Assembly (NCBI RefSeq): GCF_018336915.1
Contig: NZ_CP064923.1
Span: forward strand, 2,910,001-2,942,000
DNA: 32,000 bases
Direction: 5' to 3'
Source: Acaryochloris marina S15
GTDB taxonomy: Bacteria > Cyanobacteriota > Cyanobacteriia > Thermosynechococcales > Thermosynechococcaceae
Shown: positions 18,259 to 26,435 of the stretch, one piece after another
Numbering within the stretch: position 1 is the stretch's first letter
Layout of the letters: the number at the start of each line of letters is the position of its first letter
Translations under genes and position numbers: made by a program
The notes under the pieces: generated by a model
The model's input: only the letters and a program-made list of their open reading frames with translations
Told to the model about the DNA's origin: nothing
The model's database searches: none

Positions 18259-18365
18259 TATAGCGATCTGACGTGGGTTGTGAGAATTATATTCAATCTA
18301 AATGGATACTGGTAAAGATTTCAGCCTCTCTACATCTCACGATTGATTTCAGATTGCTATAGATA
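18259..18365 (+). repeat. MITE-like / structured ~100-nt element, copy 2
   Basis: Same element and orientation as 7081-7180. It differs by one substitution (caaTc vs caaCc). It also reads cgtgggtt where copy 1 has a single t, a net 7-nt indel in the 5' arm. It lies in the divergent spacer between genes starting at 17877 (-) and 18656 (+). Confidence 0.7.
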
Positions 18366-18655
18366 ATACTTCTTTGCTTCTGCTATATCTTTCTAGGATC
18401 TAATCAGGAAATATTTCTTCTATTTTTTCTAGTTTTGCATGTTTTAGCTCTTGATCTTTGAGGATAATTACTTAGCATAAAAAATATTTTTGAGAGCTTT
18501 AAAATGCGAAGATAAATAATGCTTAGAGGAATTTTATTTAGATACTTATATCTTATGTTTTTAATTAATAATACTCAAATAAATTTGCAATTAAAACTAA
18601 GTAATAATCTTCACCATATGGTCTATTGTTTTGTCAATTATTTAACTGAGAAAAT

Positions 18656-19771
18656 ATGATCAATAAACCTATTTTACTTTATATAATACCTCTCTCTGTT
18701 ATTGGTGGCACTCAGTCTCATTTGTGCCATTTGCTGGAAGGTTATGCCCATCAGTATGAAATCCATTTAGCTACTGGTGAAAAGGGCTATTTAACTGAGT
18801 TTGCAGAATCTAAAAATATTGATGTTCATATTTTACCAAACTTAATTCGGAGCATAGATTTTAGGTCAGACTTTAAGGCGACTAAAGAATTTATTGCTCT
18901 GATAAAAGAGTTGAAACCTTGTCTGATTCATGCTCATAATTCTAAAGCTGGTCTTGTGGGGAGAATAGCAGGTTATTTATGTGGTGTACCTACTATTTAT
19001 ACTGCACATGGTTGGCAATTTGCTTCAGGAACCCCCATCGTCCATAAATCATTGTCTTATATCAATGAAAAGCTTGGGGCAGCTTTATCCAGCAAGATCA
19101 TTTGTGTTTCGGAAAGTGATAGAAAGTTAGCTTTACATTCCTCACTCACAGATTCAAGCAAATTGGTTACTATTCATTTAGGAATAGAAGATAGTTGCCC
19201 TATTACTGCCCAACCTGAGAAGCAACCTCCAAAAATTGTGATGGTAGCTCGATTTGATACTCAAAAAGATCACTTTACGCTTTTAAATGCTATTTCGAAA
19301 TTAAGCCATTTAAAATTTTCTGTCGATTTGATTGGAAGCGGTCCTCTTCTGTCTGACTGTGTAGAAATGGCTACGAATTTAGATATAACCAATAAAGTTA
19401 ACTTTTTAGGAAACCGCCATGATGTTCCTAAAATCTTATCTTCAGCTCAACTATTTGTTTTAAGTACTCATTATGAAGGATTACCCATCAGTATTTTAGA
19501 AGCAATGAGAGCAGGTTTACCTGTTATTGCTTCTAATGTTGATGGCATCCCTGAGGAAGTAATTGATGGAGAAACTGGATTACTGGTAAAAAGACAAGAT
19601 ATCGATGAGCTAGCTTTTACAATTGAGTTACTTGTGAGTTCTCCAAATATTCGTAAGAGTATGGGCGAACTGGGTCGGCAGACTTTTCAGAATGAGTTTT
19701 GTATTGATCGGATGCTCCAAGAAACTCAATCTTTATATGAACAGCTTCTAAGTACAGGACAAAAAAGATAA
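18656..19771 (+). CDS. Glycosyltransferase family 4
   Basis: 371 aa. The N-terminus is ILLYIIPLSVIGGTQSH and the E-x7-E motif is EGLPISILEAMRAGLPVIASNVDGIPEEVIDGETGLLV. Confidence 0.9.
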   Translation: MINKPILLYIIPLSVIGGTQSHLCHLLEGYAHQYEIHLATGEKGYLTEFAESKNIDVHILPNLIRSIDFRSDFKATKEFIALIKELKPCLIHAHNSKAGLVGRIAGYLCGVPTIYTAHGWQFASGTPIVHKSLSYINEKLGAALSSKIICVSESDRKLALHSSLTDSSKLVTIHLGIEDSCPITAQPEKQPPKIVMVARFDTQKDHFTLLNAISKLSHLKFSVDLIGSGPLLSDCVEMATNLDITNKVNFLGNRHDVPKILSSAQLFVLSTHYEGLPISILEAMRAGLPVIASNVDGIPEEVIDGETGLLVKRQDIDELAFTIELLVSSPNIRKSMGELGRQTFQNEFCIDRMLQETQSLYEQLLSTGQKR

Positions 19772-19854
19772 CACCTCCCGGAACTCATCAGCTCTCTGGT
19801 CGAGATTGAGGACAATGACTCGTAAATGGTCAAAGCCATAACGAAAGACGAAAT

Positions 19855-21305
19855 CGTAAAAAATTTGTAGTCTACCTGTACTTATGCTGCCCCTACCAAG
19901 GCAGAGAGTACAGGAGCTTGCCAGCCTTTCTCCCACTCATTACTGGTGATCATCCCTCTGATTTGCAATACATTGTGGGCTCCATCATGAGTCCATTGCA
20001 TTTTCTTGGTTCGTTTAAAGCGGTCATTGATAATCGTATCAATATGAGATTCCGCAACTTGACTGGTGTAGCTTAGACCCTGTTGATCTCGTTCTTTATA
20101 ATTCACCAGATAGACTTGATTATTCTCTAGATAGTTATATAACTTCTTCAGCTTTGAGCGTTTCTTTTCATTTGTAATGTTGGTCATTAGCAGTTCTAAT
20201 TTTGGCAACGCCTCATCTGACTTACCATGCCACAATTTCCATTTCACTCCCTCCAATGTCTCTGTGAAAGCGTCATCCACTGCCCCCCTGACATTTTGAA
20301 ATCGCATGGCAATATGAAACCAATCCAAAATACACAGAAGTTTTTTGCAGTGTGGAGCCAAGCTTAAAATCACTGACCAACACTTTTGTGCACCATCTGC
20401 TAAAGCGGTAACCCGTGTATTCTCCGTCATTCCCTGCTTACGAGCGGCATTGAGCGTATAGGTTTTCATTGTCGTTAGATCATCATCCTGGGCTGAGAGT
20501 GCACAGCTTTTAACCTTGATCTGACGATGATGGCTATCCACTTCAATAATTTTCTCTGGACGATAGGCCACTGCAGAGAGCGCTTCAAAGCTGCGCTTTT
20601 CTGGATCCTTAGTAGGGACATGGCCACCATCAATTTGGAGGATCACCTCTTGAGCACTGGCCGCTTTGGTTGTGGCTATCGGCTGAAGATGGGCTTGAGT
20701 TAATGTCGCACCCACTTCATTGGTGATGTGTTTGACCTGATTATGGTTATTAACTGAACGACGATGAACCGTCAGTTTCTCTAGGTTTGTCTGAGCTTTA
20801 CGGAAGCTATACAACGCCCCTTGCTCACATTGCAATTTGGCTAAGTCTGGGTGGATAGGGGTGCCAAAGACTGATGATGTAGTCGGCGCACTCTGCCAAT
20901 CACAATCAGGATTTTTACACTTATGCTTTTGGATGCCAATTTTATGGTCAGTAAAAACAGCATGGAACTTGGATTTAGTGAACCCTTTCTTCACAATTTT
21001 CTGACCACATCTTGGGCAAAGATAATAACCAGGGTCTATTAGTTTGGATTGCAAAGCTAAGAGGGAATTTTGTACTTTCTCAAGCAGAGAGATTTGTTCT
21101 TCATGTCGAAGTCCCAAGTCTAAAATAGATTCTGGTACTTCAATATCATAAACTTTGAGAGTATCTCGTTTTACAACCTCTTGAGAACTGACCGATACTT
21201 TCTCGGCAATTATTCGTAACTCGTATTCTACTCTCTCTATCCCAACTAGCCATCTTGCTAATGGGACTATGATCACTGTTTTATATAAGCTACAAATCAA
21301 TTACG
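19855..21305 (-). mobile_element. Insertion sequence (~1.45 kb) carrying a single DDE transposase; imperfect terminal inverted repeats
   Basis: The left end is CGTAAaaaATTTGTAG (19855-19870). The reverse complement of the right end (21290-21305) is CGTAAttgATTTGTAG, a 13/16 match. The IRs are short, so the boundaries are approximate. Confidence 0.5.
19882..21300 (-). CDS. DDE transposase with N-terminal zinc ribbon (ISKra4/ISLre2-like by recollection)
   Basis: 472-aa track ORF with a TTG start; a GTG 9 codons downstream is an alternative start. The Zn ribbon is CPRCGQKIVKKG…HKCKNPDCDW. Candidate catalytic acidic residues lie in ILQIDGGHV, ALADGAQKCW and AESHIDTII. The family label comes from memory of similar cyanobacterial annotations and was not verified. 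Confidence 0.7.
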   Translation of the reverse strand: MICSLYKTVIIVPLARWLVGIERVEYELRIIAEKVSVSSQEVVKRDTLKVYDIEVPESILDLGLRHEEQISLLEKVQNSLLALQSKLIDPGYYLCPRCGQKIVKKGFTKSKFHAVFTDHKIGIQKHKCKNPDCDWQSAPTTSSVFGTPIHPDLAKLQCEQGALYSFRKAQTNLEKLTVHRRSVNNHNQVKHITNEVGATLTQAHLQPIATTKAASAQEVILQIDGGHVPTKDPEKRSFEALSAVAYRPEKIIEVDSHHRQIKVKSCALSAQDDDLTTMKTYTLNAARKQGMTENTRVTALADGAQKCWSVILSLAPHCKKLLCILDWFHIAMRFQNVRGAVDDAFTETLEGVKWKLWHGKSDEALPKLELLMTNITNEKKRSKLKKLYNYLENNQVYLVNYKERDQQGLSYTSQVAESHIDTIINDRFKRTKKMQWTHDGAHNVLQIRGMITSNEWEKGWQAPVLSALVGAA

Positions 21306-21615
21306 CTTCCCTTGCACATCGGTGTGCTTATCTCAATGGCTTAATTTGCATGCAAAGGTGACATGCTCCCGATTGGGTCGAACAGGCAGTAGATCCGTCG
21401 CAATATTTTCAAACAGATAAGCATACAACCGTTGACATGTATTATGTGTGGCTGTTACTAACAAAACCAGCATCTGATTAAAGTGTTGTCGAGCCCCTTG
21501 TAAAGAGAGTCGAGAGCGGTCATATTCTGCCCATGGGGCAGCCTATTCCATGAGACTTCTCAGTAAGTTGTAGCCTAGAAAATGAGCCCAAATGTCCTTG
21601 CGCACCGAGAGTGTT
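21306..21615 (-). pseudogene. IS4-family transposase C-terminal remnant
   Basis: The minus-strand translation is LSVRKDIWAHFLGYNLLRSLME*AAPWAEYDRSRLSLQGARQHFNQMLVLL…LLPVRPNRE. It matches the conserved C-terminal region of IS4 transposases (…E-IWAHLL-YNLIR-LM…RP-R-EPR). It has an internal stop and no upstream catalytic part, and it abuts the IS at 19855-21305. Confidence 0.5.
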
Positions 21616-21863
21616 TAGACTTTTGTGTAAGCAGTAGCGTATTCAATAATTGAATCGTGTGGGAATAGAATAGCAAAATGTGACAATGCAGCCTTCCAAT
21701 TTGCTATGGGTCTTGTCCATCTTTTCGAGTAAAGGTCAGATCCCCCCACTCATCGACCAATCAAATCGAGCACGCAGTAGCTCAACGACAAATTCATTGC
21801 TCTGAAACTGCTACCCATGTTTACAATAGATCCAGAGAAATTCTAATGTTGAGACCTTTGCCC

Positions 21864-22208
21864 ATGCTAGTGAAGTCCACTACTCGTCACATCCATATTT
21901 ACACTGCCCAAGTGGAAAATAACGAGCTGATTCCCAGTGAAAGTGTCTTAACTCTAGATGTTGACCCCGATAACGAGCTGGTTTGGAGTGAAGATGCCCT
22001 CCAGCGAGTGTATGCCAAGTTTGACGAACTCGTTGAAACCTTTTCAGGTGAAGATTTAACAGACTACAACCTCCGTCGTATCGGCTCAGATTTAGAACAT
22101 TATGTGCGATCCCTCTTGCAAAAAGGCATTGTCGGTTATAACCTCAGCAGCCGTGTGCGTAACTTTAGTATGGGCCTGCCCCAGGTAATCGCATCAGAAT
22201 CCAAGTAG
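21864..22208 (+). CDS. ndhM: NAD(P)H-quinone oxidoreductase (NDH-1) subunit M
   Basis: MLVKSTTRHIHIYTAQVENNELIPSESVLTLDVDPDNELVWSEDALQRVYAKFDELVETFSGEDLTDYNLRRIGSDLEHYVRSLLQKG is closely similar to the cyanobacterial NdhM sequences I recall (MLLKSTTRHIR…DLT-YNLRRIGSDLEH). The track start at 21846 adds 6 aa, and the second ATG (21864) matches the family N-terminus. Confidence 0.9.
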   Translation: MLVKSTTRHIHIYTAQVENNELIPSESVLTLDVDPDNELVWSEDALQRVYAKFDELVETFSGEDLTDYNLRRIGSDLEHYVRSLLQKGIVGYNLSSRVRNFSMGLPQVIASESK

Positions 22209-22211
22209 AGG

Positions 22212-22470
22212 GTGGCGGTTTATCAAGACCACATTCAACTCACTACCCAAGAACATGGCAATATACAGGATCTAATGGATTAAGTTCATCAGGCGATCCG
22301 GATTCAGGTATTCAAGTGGGCATGGTGAATGTATTCAATGTCGACAGTACGGGGGGATCGGTGTCATAGAATTTGAGCCGGATCTCAAACAAGACTTACC
22401 AGCCCTTCTGAATCGCCCCCTGATTGATATTGGCCTTTGCCCCCAGGATCATCTTCTAGCCTCATTTCTC
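22212..22470 (+). pseudogene. YjbQ/UPF0047 (secondary thiamine-phosphate synthase) family remnant, frameshifted and 3'-truncated
   Basis: From GTG 22212 the frame reads VAVYQDHIQLTTQEHGNIQDLMD*. Other frames continue as SGIQVGMVNVFNVDST and then IGVIEFEPDLKQDLPALLNR. This matches the family pattern (…GIV-VF-PGSTAAI-TIEYEPGL--DL---L-R). The C-terminal half of the family, including the GTWQ motif, is absent. The remnant ends a few bp from the vWA stop codon. Confidence 0.5.
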
Positions 22471-22474
22471 ATAT

Positions 22475-23254
22475 CTAAGCCGTGAATCCGCCCATTGGAT
22501 TAAAGTTATGTGCCGACTGACTGGCCGTGAGCGCCGCCTGGGAGAAGAGCTGAAAAGCCTTCCGAATCTCATTATGGGAATTGCCCGGCGTCAAGATCCA
22601 TTGTTCACGCACCCCCATCTCTCGAAACACCCGTTTAAAGTCCGTCTGTCCATCATCGATGCCCATTGCTGCAATAATATGGTCTTCCGTGCGCAGCATA
22701 TCCTCGACCATTATCTTGACCTCCCGGACAGAACGCCGAGAATGGGCATCCGCTCCATCCGTAATAATCAGAGATACCGTCCGCACCGGCACCCCATTAT
22801 CGATAAAAGCTTGGGCCTTCGCTAGAACCGTAGCCAGTAACACCAGAGTTTGGTCATAGAGCGGCGTTCCCAGATTCGGATCATAATTGTGTTGATCCAT
22901 CCGCATCGCTTGGTCAACAGAACAGTAGGGATAGAGCACCGCCCCATTGAGATAGCGGTTGTGAACAAGAATATGGTCTTTCTGTGGGGACATGGCCAAC
23001 GTATCCAGCACCGTATTATGTCCAGCCCGGACCACCGCCCCATGGCCGGCAAACCGAATCGAACCCGAATCATCCGGCATGATTGTCACCAGCACCACCT
23101 CACTAGCCATCACATCATCGACTGGCGTTCCCAGGCCAGCCTGGATCTGTGCCCCAATATCGACAATATTGAGGGCCTGCATCGATGCCTGTGAGAGTAC
23201 CCCATCCGCTTGGGCTGATTGGAATAGTGCATTTAGATTCGGAACTTGAGACAT
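22475..23254 (-). CDS. von Willebrand factor A (vWA) domain protein, TerY-like
   Basis: I prefer ATG 23254-23252, which is preceded by AAGGAGaatgtt. That gives a 259-aa product starting MSQVPNLNALF. The MIDAS elements are VVLVTIMPDDSGSI (DxSxS), GTPLYD (Thr) and SLIITDGADAHS (Asp). The 378-aa track version adds an R/W-rich extension that overlaps the upstream gene. Confidence 0.8.
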   Translation of the reverse strand: MSQVPNLNALFQSAQADGVLSQASMQALNIVDIGAQIQAGLGTPVDDVMASEVVLVTIMPDDSGSIRFAGHGAVVRAGHNTVLDTLAMSPQKDHILVHNRYLNGAVLYPYCSVDQAMRMDQHNYDPNLGTPLYDQTLVLLATVLAKAQAFIDNGVPVRTVSLIITDGADAHSRRSVREVKIMVEDMLRTEDHIIAAMGIDDGQTDFKRVFREMGVREQWILTPGNSHNEIRKAFQLFSQAALTASQSAHNFNPMGGFTA

Positions 23255-23360
23255 AACATTCTCCTTAAAAAGTGAGGTGTATAGAGAGGAAGTGATTGAC
23301 GCATTATTGAGAAAAGCCAGCAGACCCAGCAGACGCTGATCGAGCCATAGTTTAATCCGT

Positions 23361-24392
23361 CTAAGGATTGATGCCAGGCCAACCTGCGATCTCATCCGTA
23401 GAACGCACCAAATGCATGCCCGCTTGTTGAAACCGTAGAAATGCCTCATTGGCCTGCTCCGTAAAATCGACCACCCCTGGCACCACCACCGGCGAAGAAC
23501 AATCTTCCAGCAGGTAAATTTTCTTCGCCAAGTCCGGGTCATGGGCTTGAATTTCCGTGAGTAAGTCATCGATAGTCCAGGCGACACAGTGACTCTTGGC
23601 CTGCCCAGCAATAATCACCACATCAAAATCCAACAGCTTTTGGATAAACCGGATATTCTTTTGGGCAATCGGCCGTCCCTTCGGATCATCGAGAACCTCC
23701 GGTCGGAGCACCGAGTAATTTTCTGTCAGAGGATTGCCCCCCTTGATTTCAAAATTGGTCTGACTATGGCGAGCCAGATTATGGAAAAAGCAGGCCTCCT
23801 CCACCGCCGCCACCAGGGCATGGCCAATGCCTCCCAACATCGAGTGATAGGGCCAAATAGTCAGGGGATATTTCCCCTTCTGGGAAAGGCGTTGGACATA
23901 GTGGCGGGCAAAATTCTGCAGAGCCATATAATTGCCCAGACTATAGGCCATTGCCGGATTCACCTTCCAGGCCCCCTGTTCCACCTCTGCCAAAGAAATC
24001 ATCGTCAGGGGCGTGGGAGACTCGCCGCGATCATTCAGCCAAAAATCAGCATGGAAGATCTGCATCGCCGTATGAGTATCCATCGTCGGTGCAATTTCCG
24101 TAATCGTCCCCAAATTGCGGTAGATAAACTCACAAAGTCGGCGATTATCCTCCACTGCCCCCATCCCAGACGGTCCCCCCACAAACAGCTCAAAGTCGGG
24201 AATACAAAACGTATTTTGGACATCAATTGCCATCAGACAAATCCGCATTTTATCCTTCGCTGCTGGCTGCACCCCCTGTTGGCTTGCCCAGTCCCGGGCC
24301 TGTTGGACTCTGTCCTGGTAAGGGACCCGCCACACCTTCCCCACCCGTTGAGGGTCAAAGAAATTAGGAATGGGTAATTGCGTCAACATCAT
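23361..24392 (-). CDS. Isochorismatase-fold cysteine hydrolase, nicotinamidase (PncA)-like
   Basis: 343 aa. The catalytic triad context is [11 protein letters not shown] (Asp), [16 protein letters not shown] (Lys, compare PncA KG…DSYSAF) and [14 protein letters not shown] (Cys). A putative metal site is [13 protein letters not shown] (D-x-H…H). GGAG lies 10 nt upstream of the ATG, which is 11 nt after the kinase stop. Confidence 0.8.
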   Translation of the reverse strand: MMLTQLPIPNFFDPQRVGKVWRVPYQDRVQQARDWASQQGVQPAAKDKMRICLMAIDVQNTFCIPDFELFVGGPSGMGAVEDNRRLCEFIYRNLGTITEIAPTMDTHTAMQIFHADFWLNDRGESPTPLTMISLAEVEQGAWKVNPAMAYSLGNYMALQNFARHYVQRLSQKGKYPLTIWPYHSMLGGIGHALVAAVEEACFFHNLARHSQTNFEIKGGNPLTENYSVLRPEVLDDPKGRPIAQKNIRFIQKLLDFDVVIIAGQAKSHCVAWTIDDLLTEIQAHDPDLAKKIYLLEDCSSPVVVPGVVDFTEQANEAFLRFQQAGMHLVRSTDEIAGWPGINP

Positions 24393-24403
24393 TTTAAAAT
24401 CTC

Positions 24404-26281
24404 CTACAACTGCAATAACTGAATGGTTTGGGACCCTACCGTATAGAGTCCCTGGGGAGCCGCCAATACCTGATAGCCCGTCTGCACAAACGGCTCCGTT
24501 TCCGGGAATTGTCGCTGCAGGATCAATCGCCCTTGATCTACCTGCACCCGAGCAATGCCCTCATCCGTCGCCACCAGCAGGGCATCTTCCACCGCCCAAT
24601 GGGGACAAATGGGCGATCTCCCTGCCGTCCATTCCCCCACATCGGCCTGAGCCACCACCTGACCCGTCGGTGCGATTACCCAACATTGCTGTTGAAGTAC
24701 CCCTTGGTCCTGGATCGTCACGAAGAGCCATCCCAAAGATTGACTAAACGTGCAGTTGGCCGCCACTATCGTCCCCGCTCCCATGGACAACGACAGCCGA
24801 TCATTTATCCCTGAGCGCTGGACATCGAAGACGAAAGCCCCGTTCAGCCGTCCGGCTCGATAAAAACCCAGTCCAAACCGAGGTCCCACCCAAAACTGGG
24901 TTTGTCCGGCCAATACCTCCCCCACCACTGAGTGGTCCCGCATTAACTGTCCTTGGCTCAACCAATAACAATGCCGATCATTCACCGCAACCTGGGGCCG
25001 ACCTTGATAGCAATCCACCGAGATCCGCTCCGTATCTGCCGATAATCTCACCACCTGACCCTGCTGTGCGATCCAAGTAGTTTGACCCTGTAGATACCAG
25101 TCGGACTCAGGACTGAGATCGCCCGTGAGCATCACCGCTCCGTCTTCCCGCTTAAACTGCCCCTCCTCCCAGACCAACCACTGCAGATGCCCTGCTGTCA
25201 ACGTAGCCGCCAAGATCACCCCATCCGTTTGTAAGACCGTCGTGACCTTAACCTGTCCCTGCTGAACGGGTGGAGCAACCCCTATAGATTGCACACAGCT
25301 GGGACAAGCAGATCGAGCATGTTCAACCCCACAGGACGGACAGGTTTGCCAGCGCAAATTTTCCAATAGCGATCGCGGAAATGCTCCCCGCCAATCCTGT
25401 TCAAACACCCGCTGAAAATGATCTAACAATGCTTCCGGTAAGCGATCGCACGGTAAAGCCGGCTTCGGATAGCGTACCTGGGGATGAAACACCGTTATCC
25501 GATGTAAGGGGCGAGCTGCCGCAGGCAATCTCTGAGCTGGATCAGACGGTCTATAAACACCACCATAAGGATTAACAAACAGCAGTGCCTGCATCAGCAT
25601 TACCGTAAAGGCGTACCAATCTGACTCCCAGGAATAGGGTCGACATAAAATAGGCTGTGTTCCCTGCGGATCACACAGTAGTGGATCGACAAAGCGGGCT
25701 GTAAACACCGAACAGGGAAATGAACCAAACTGGAATGAATCGGCATCAATCAGAAATGCCTGGGTGCCCTGCACTAAAATATTTAGGTCATTAAAATCTC
25801 CAATCACCACATCTGCACAATGCAGCTTGGCCACCGTCTCGTGCAGATCCAGAAATAGATTGACCACCACCTGTGTGTCTATCGTCTGCCGAACCTGGCG
25901 ATGGTCTCCGACCCGCCTGCGATGGTCCCCGACCCTCCTTCGGAGATCGCAATACCGTAACAGCACCTCCGCATTCGCCACCAGCGGCATCGTATAGCCT
26001 AAAATTCGCCGTCCGCCTTGATTCATCACCAACCCCTGTGGGGCAATCACCCGCTCAGGTAACGACTGGGGAAACTGCCGCAGCTTTTGCTGATGCAGCG
26101 CCAACCGCTCCCGTGCGCCCTGCTGAGCCTCAGCCATGCCCACAAAATCAGGATGACTGGGAGACTTAAATAGCTTCACCGCCGTGGTTCGATTGAGGCG
26201 ATACACATCCGCTTCTCCCCCCTTCCCAATCGCTTGCTTAGGGCGTAGGCGAACTCGTTTTTGATTGATATAAACGTCCAT
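24404..26281 (-). CDS. Atypical Ser/Thr protein-kinase-like protein with CxxC-x8-CxxC zinc ribbon and ~295-aa beta-rich C-terminal domain
   Basis: 625 aa. The glycine loop is [10 protein letters not shown] and the beta3 Lys is in AVKLFK. The catalytic loop is [12 protein letters not shown] (RIO/Bud32-like D…N) and the metal-binding element is LIDADSFQF. The Zn ribbon is [16 protein letters not shown] (~25293-25345). The C-terminus has repeated W/Q-rich strand-like segments ([62 protein letters not shown]). Confidence 0.8.
   Translation of the reverse strand: MDVYINQKRVRLRPKQAIGKGGEADVYRLNRTTAVKLFKSPSHPDFVGMAEAQQGARERLALHQQKLRQFPQSLPERVIAPQGLVMNQGGRRILGYTMPLVANAEVLLRYCDLRRRVGDHRRRVGDHRQVRQTIDTQVVVNLFLDLHETVAKLHCADVVIGDFNDLNILVQGTQAFLIDADSFQFGSFPCSVFTARFVDPLLCDPQGTQPILCRPYSWESDWYAFTVMLMQALLFVNPYGGVYRPSDPAQRLPAAARPLHRITVFHPQVRYPKPALPCDRLPEALLDHFQRVFEQDWRGAFPRSLLENLRWQTCPSCGVEHARSACPSCVQSIGVAPPVQQGQVKVTTVLQTDGVILAATLTAGHLQWLVWEEGQFKREDGAVMLTGDLSPESDWYLQGQTTWIAQQGQVVRLSADTERISVDCYQGRPQVAVNDRHCYWLSQGQLMRDHSVVGEVLAGQTQFWVGPRFGLGFYRAGRLNGAFVFDVQRSGINDRLSLSMGAGTIVAANCTFSQSLGWLFVTIQDQGVLQQQCWVIAPTGQVVAQADVGEWTAGRSPICPHWAVEDALLVATDEGIARVQVDQGRLILQRQFPETEPFVQTGYQVLAAPQGLYTVGSQTIQLLQL
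25898..25950 (-). repeat. In-frame 24-nt twin-hairpin insertion splitting a HIP1 site, followed by a 21-nt tandem partial duplication
   Basis: The minus-sense sequence is GCGAT-CTCCGAAGGAGGGTCGGGGACC-ATCGC-AGGCGGGTCGGAGACC-ATCGC. Deleting the first 24 nt regenerates GCGATCGC. The 21-nt units at 25898-25918 and 25919-25939 differ at 2 positions. Together they encode [15 protein letters not shown]. Confidence 0.85.
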
Positions 26282-26307
26282 AGAAATTTAGAAGTAGCAT
26301 GAGCTTC

Positions 26308-26435
26308 GTATCGCAATACCAATTGACGATACGATCTTATAAAATACAGTATTGCCCTAAAACCTCTTCACAGAAAAGAGATTGAGCTTTTTGCTAGCGC
26401 ACCTAAAATAAATCCGTATTGCAATACCGTATTGC
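26308..26435. promoter_or_regulatory. Cluster of GTATTGC/GCAATAC palindromic sites in the ARH-kinase spacer (candidate operator/internal promoter, or weak terminator)
   Basis: The sites are GTATCGCAATAC (26308-26319), AATACAGTATTGC (26343-26355), and the perfect palindrome GTATTGCAATAC (26416-26427) followed immediately by CGTATTGC (26428-26435). On the minus strand a TATAAG hexamer lies next to the middle site, about 60 nt upstream of the kinase ATG. Confidence 0.4.

Noticed and set aside
19748-19936. 62-aa minus-strand ORF spanning the GT4 3' end and the IS terminus, with a GT25-like VIVLNLDQRADEF segment
   Set aside because: It crosses the IS inverted repeat and overlaps two other coding regions, so it cannot be a real gene as drawn. 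At most it contains a ~30-codon relic, which I mention under the island-boundary finding.
22475-23611. 378-aa version of the vWA ORF from the track
   Set aside because: The extra ~118 N-terminal residues are R/W-rich and overlap the 3' end of the PncA-like gene. An ATG at 23254 with an AAGGAG Shine-Dalgarno gives a complete vWA domain protein.
26416-26435. Calling the palindrome after the ARH stop a definite Rho-independent terminator
   Set aside because: The possible stems are only 4-6 bp with competing pairings, and the U-tract is interrupted. I kept it as an alternative explanation within the regulatory-site finding rather than annotating a terminator.
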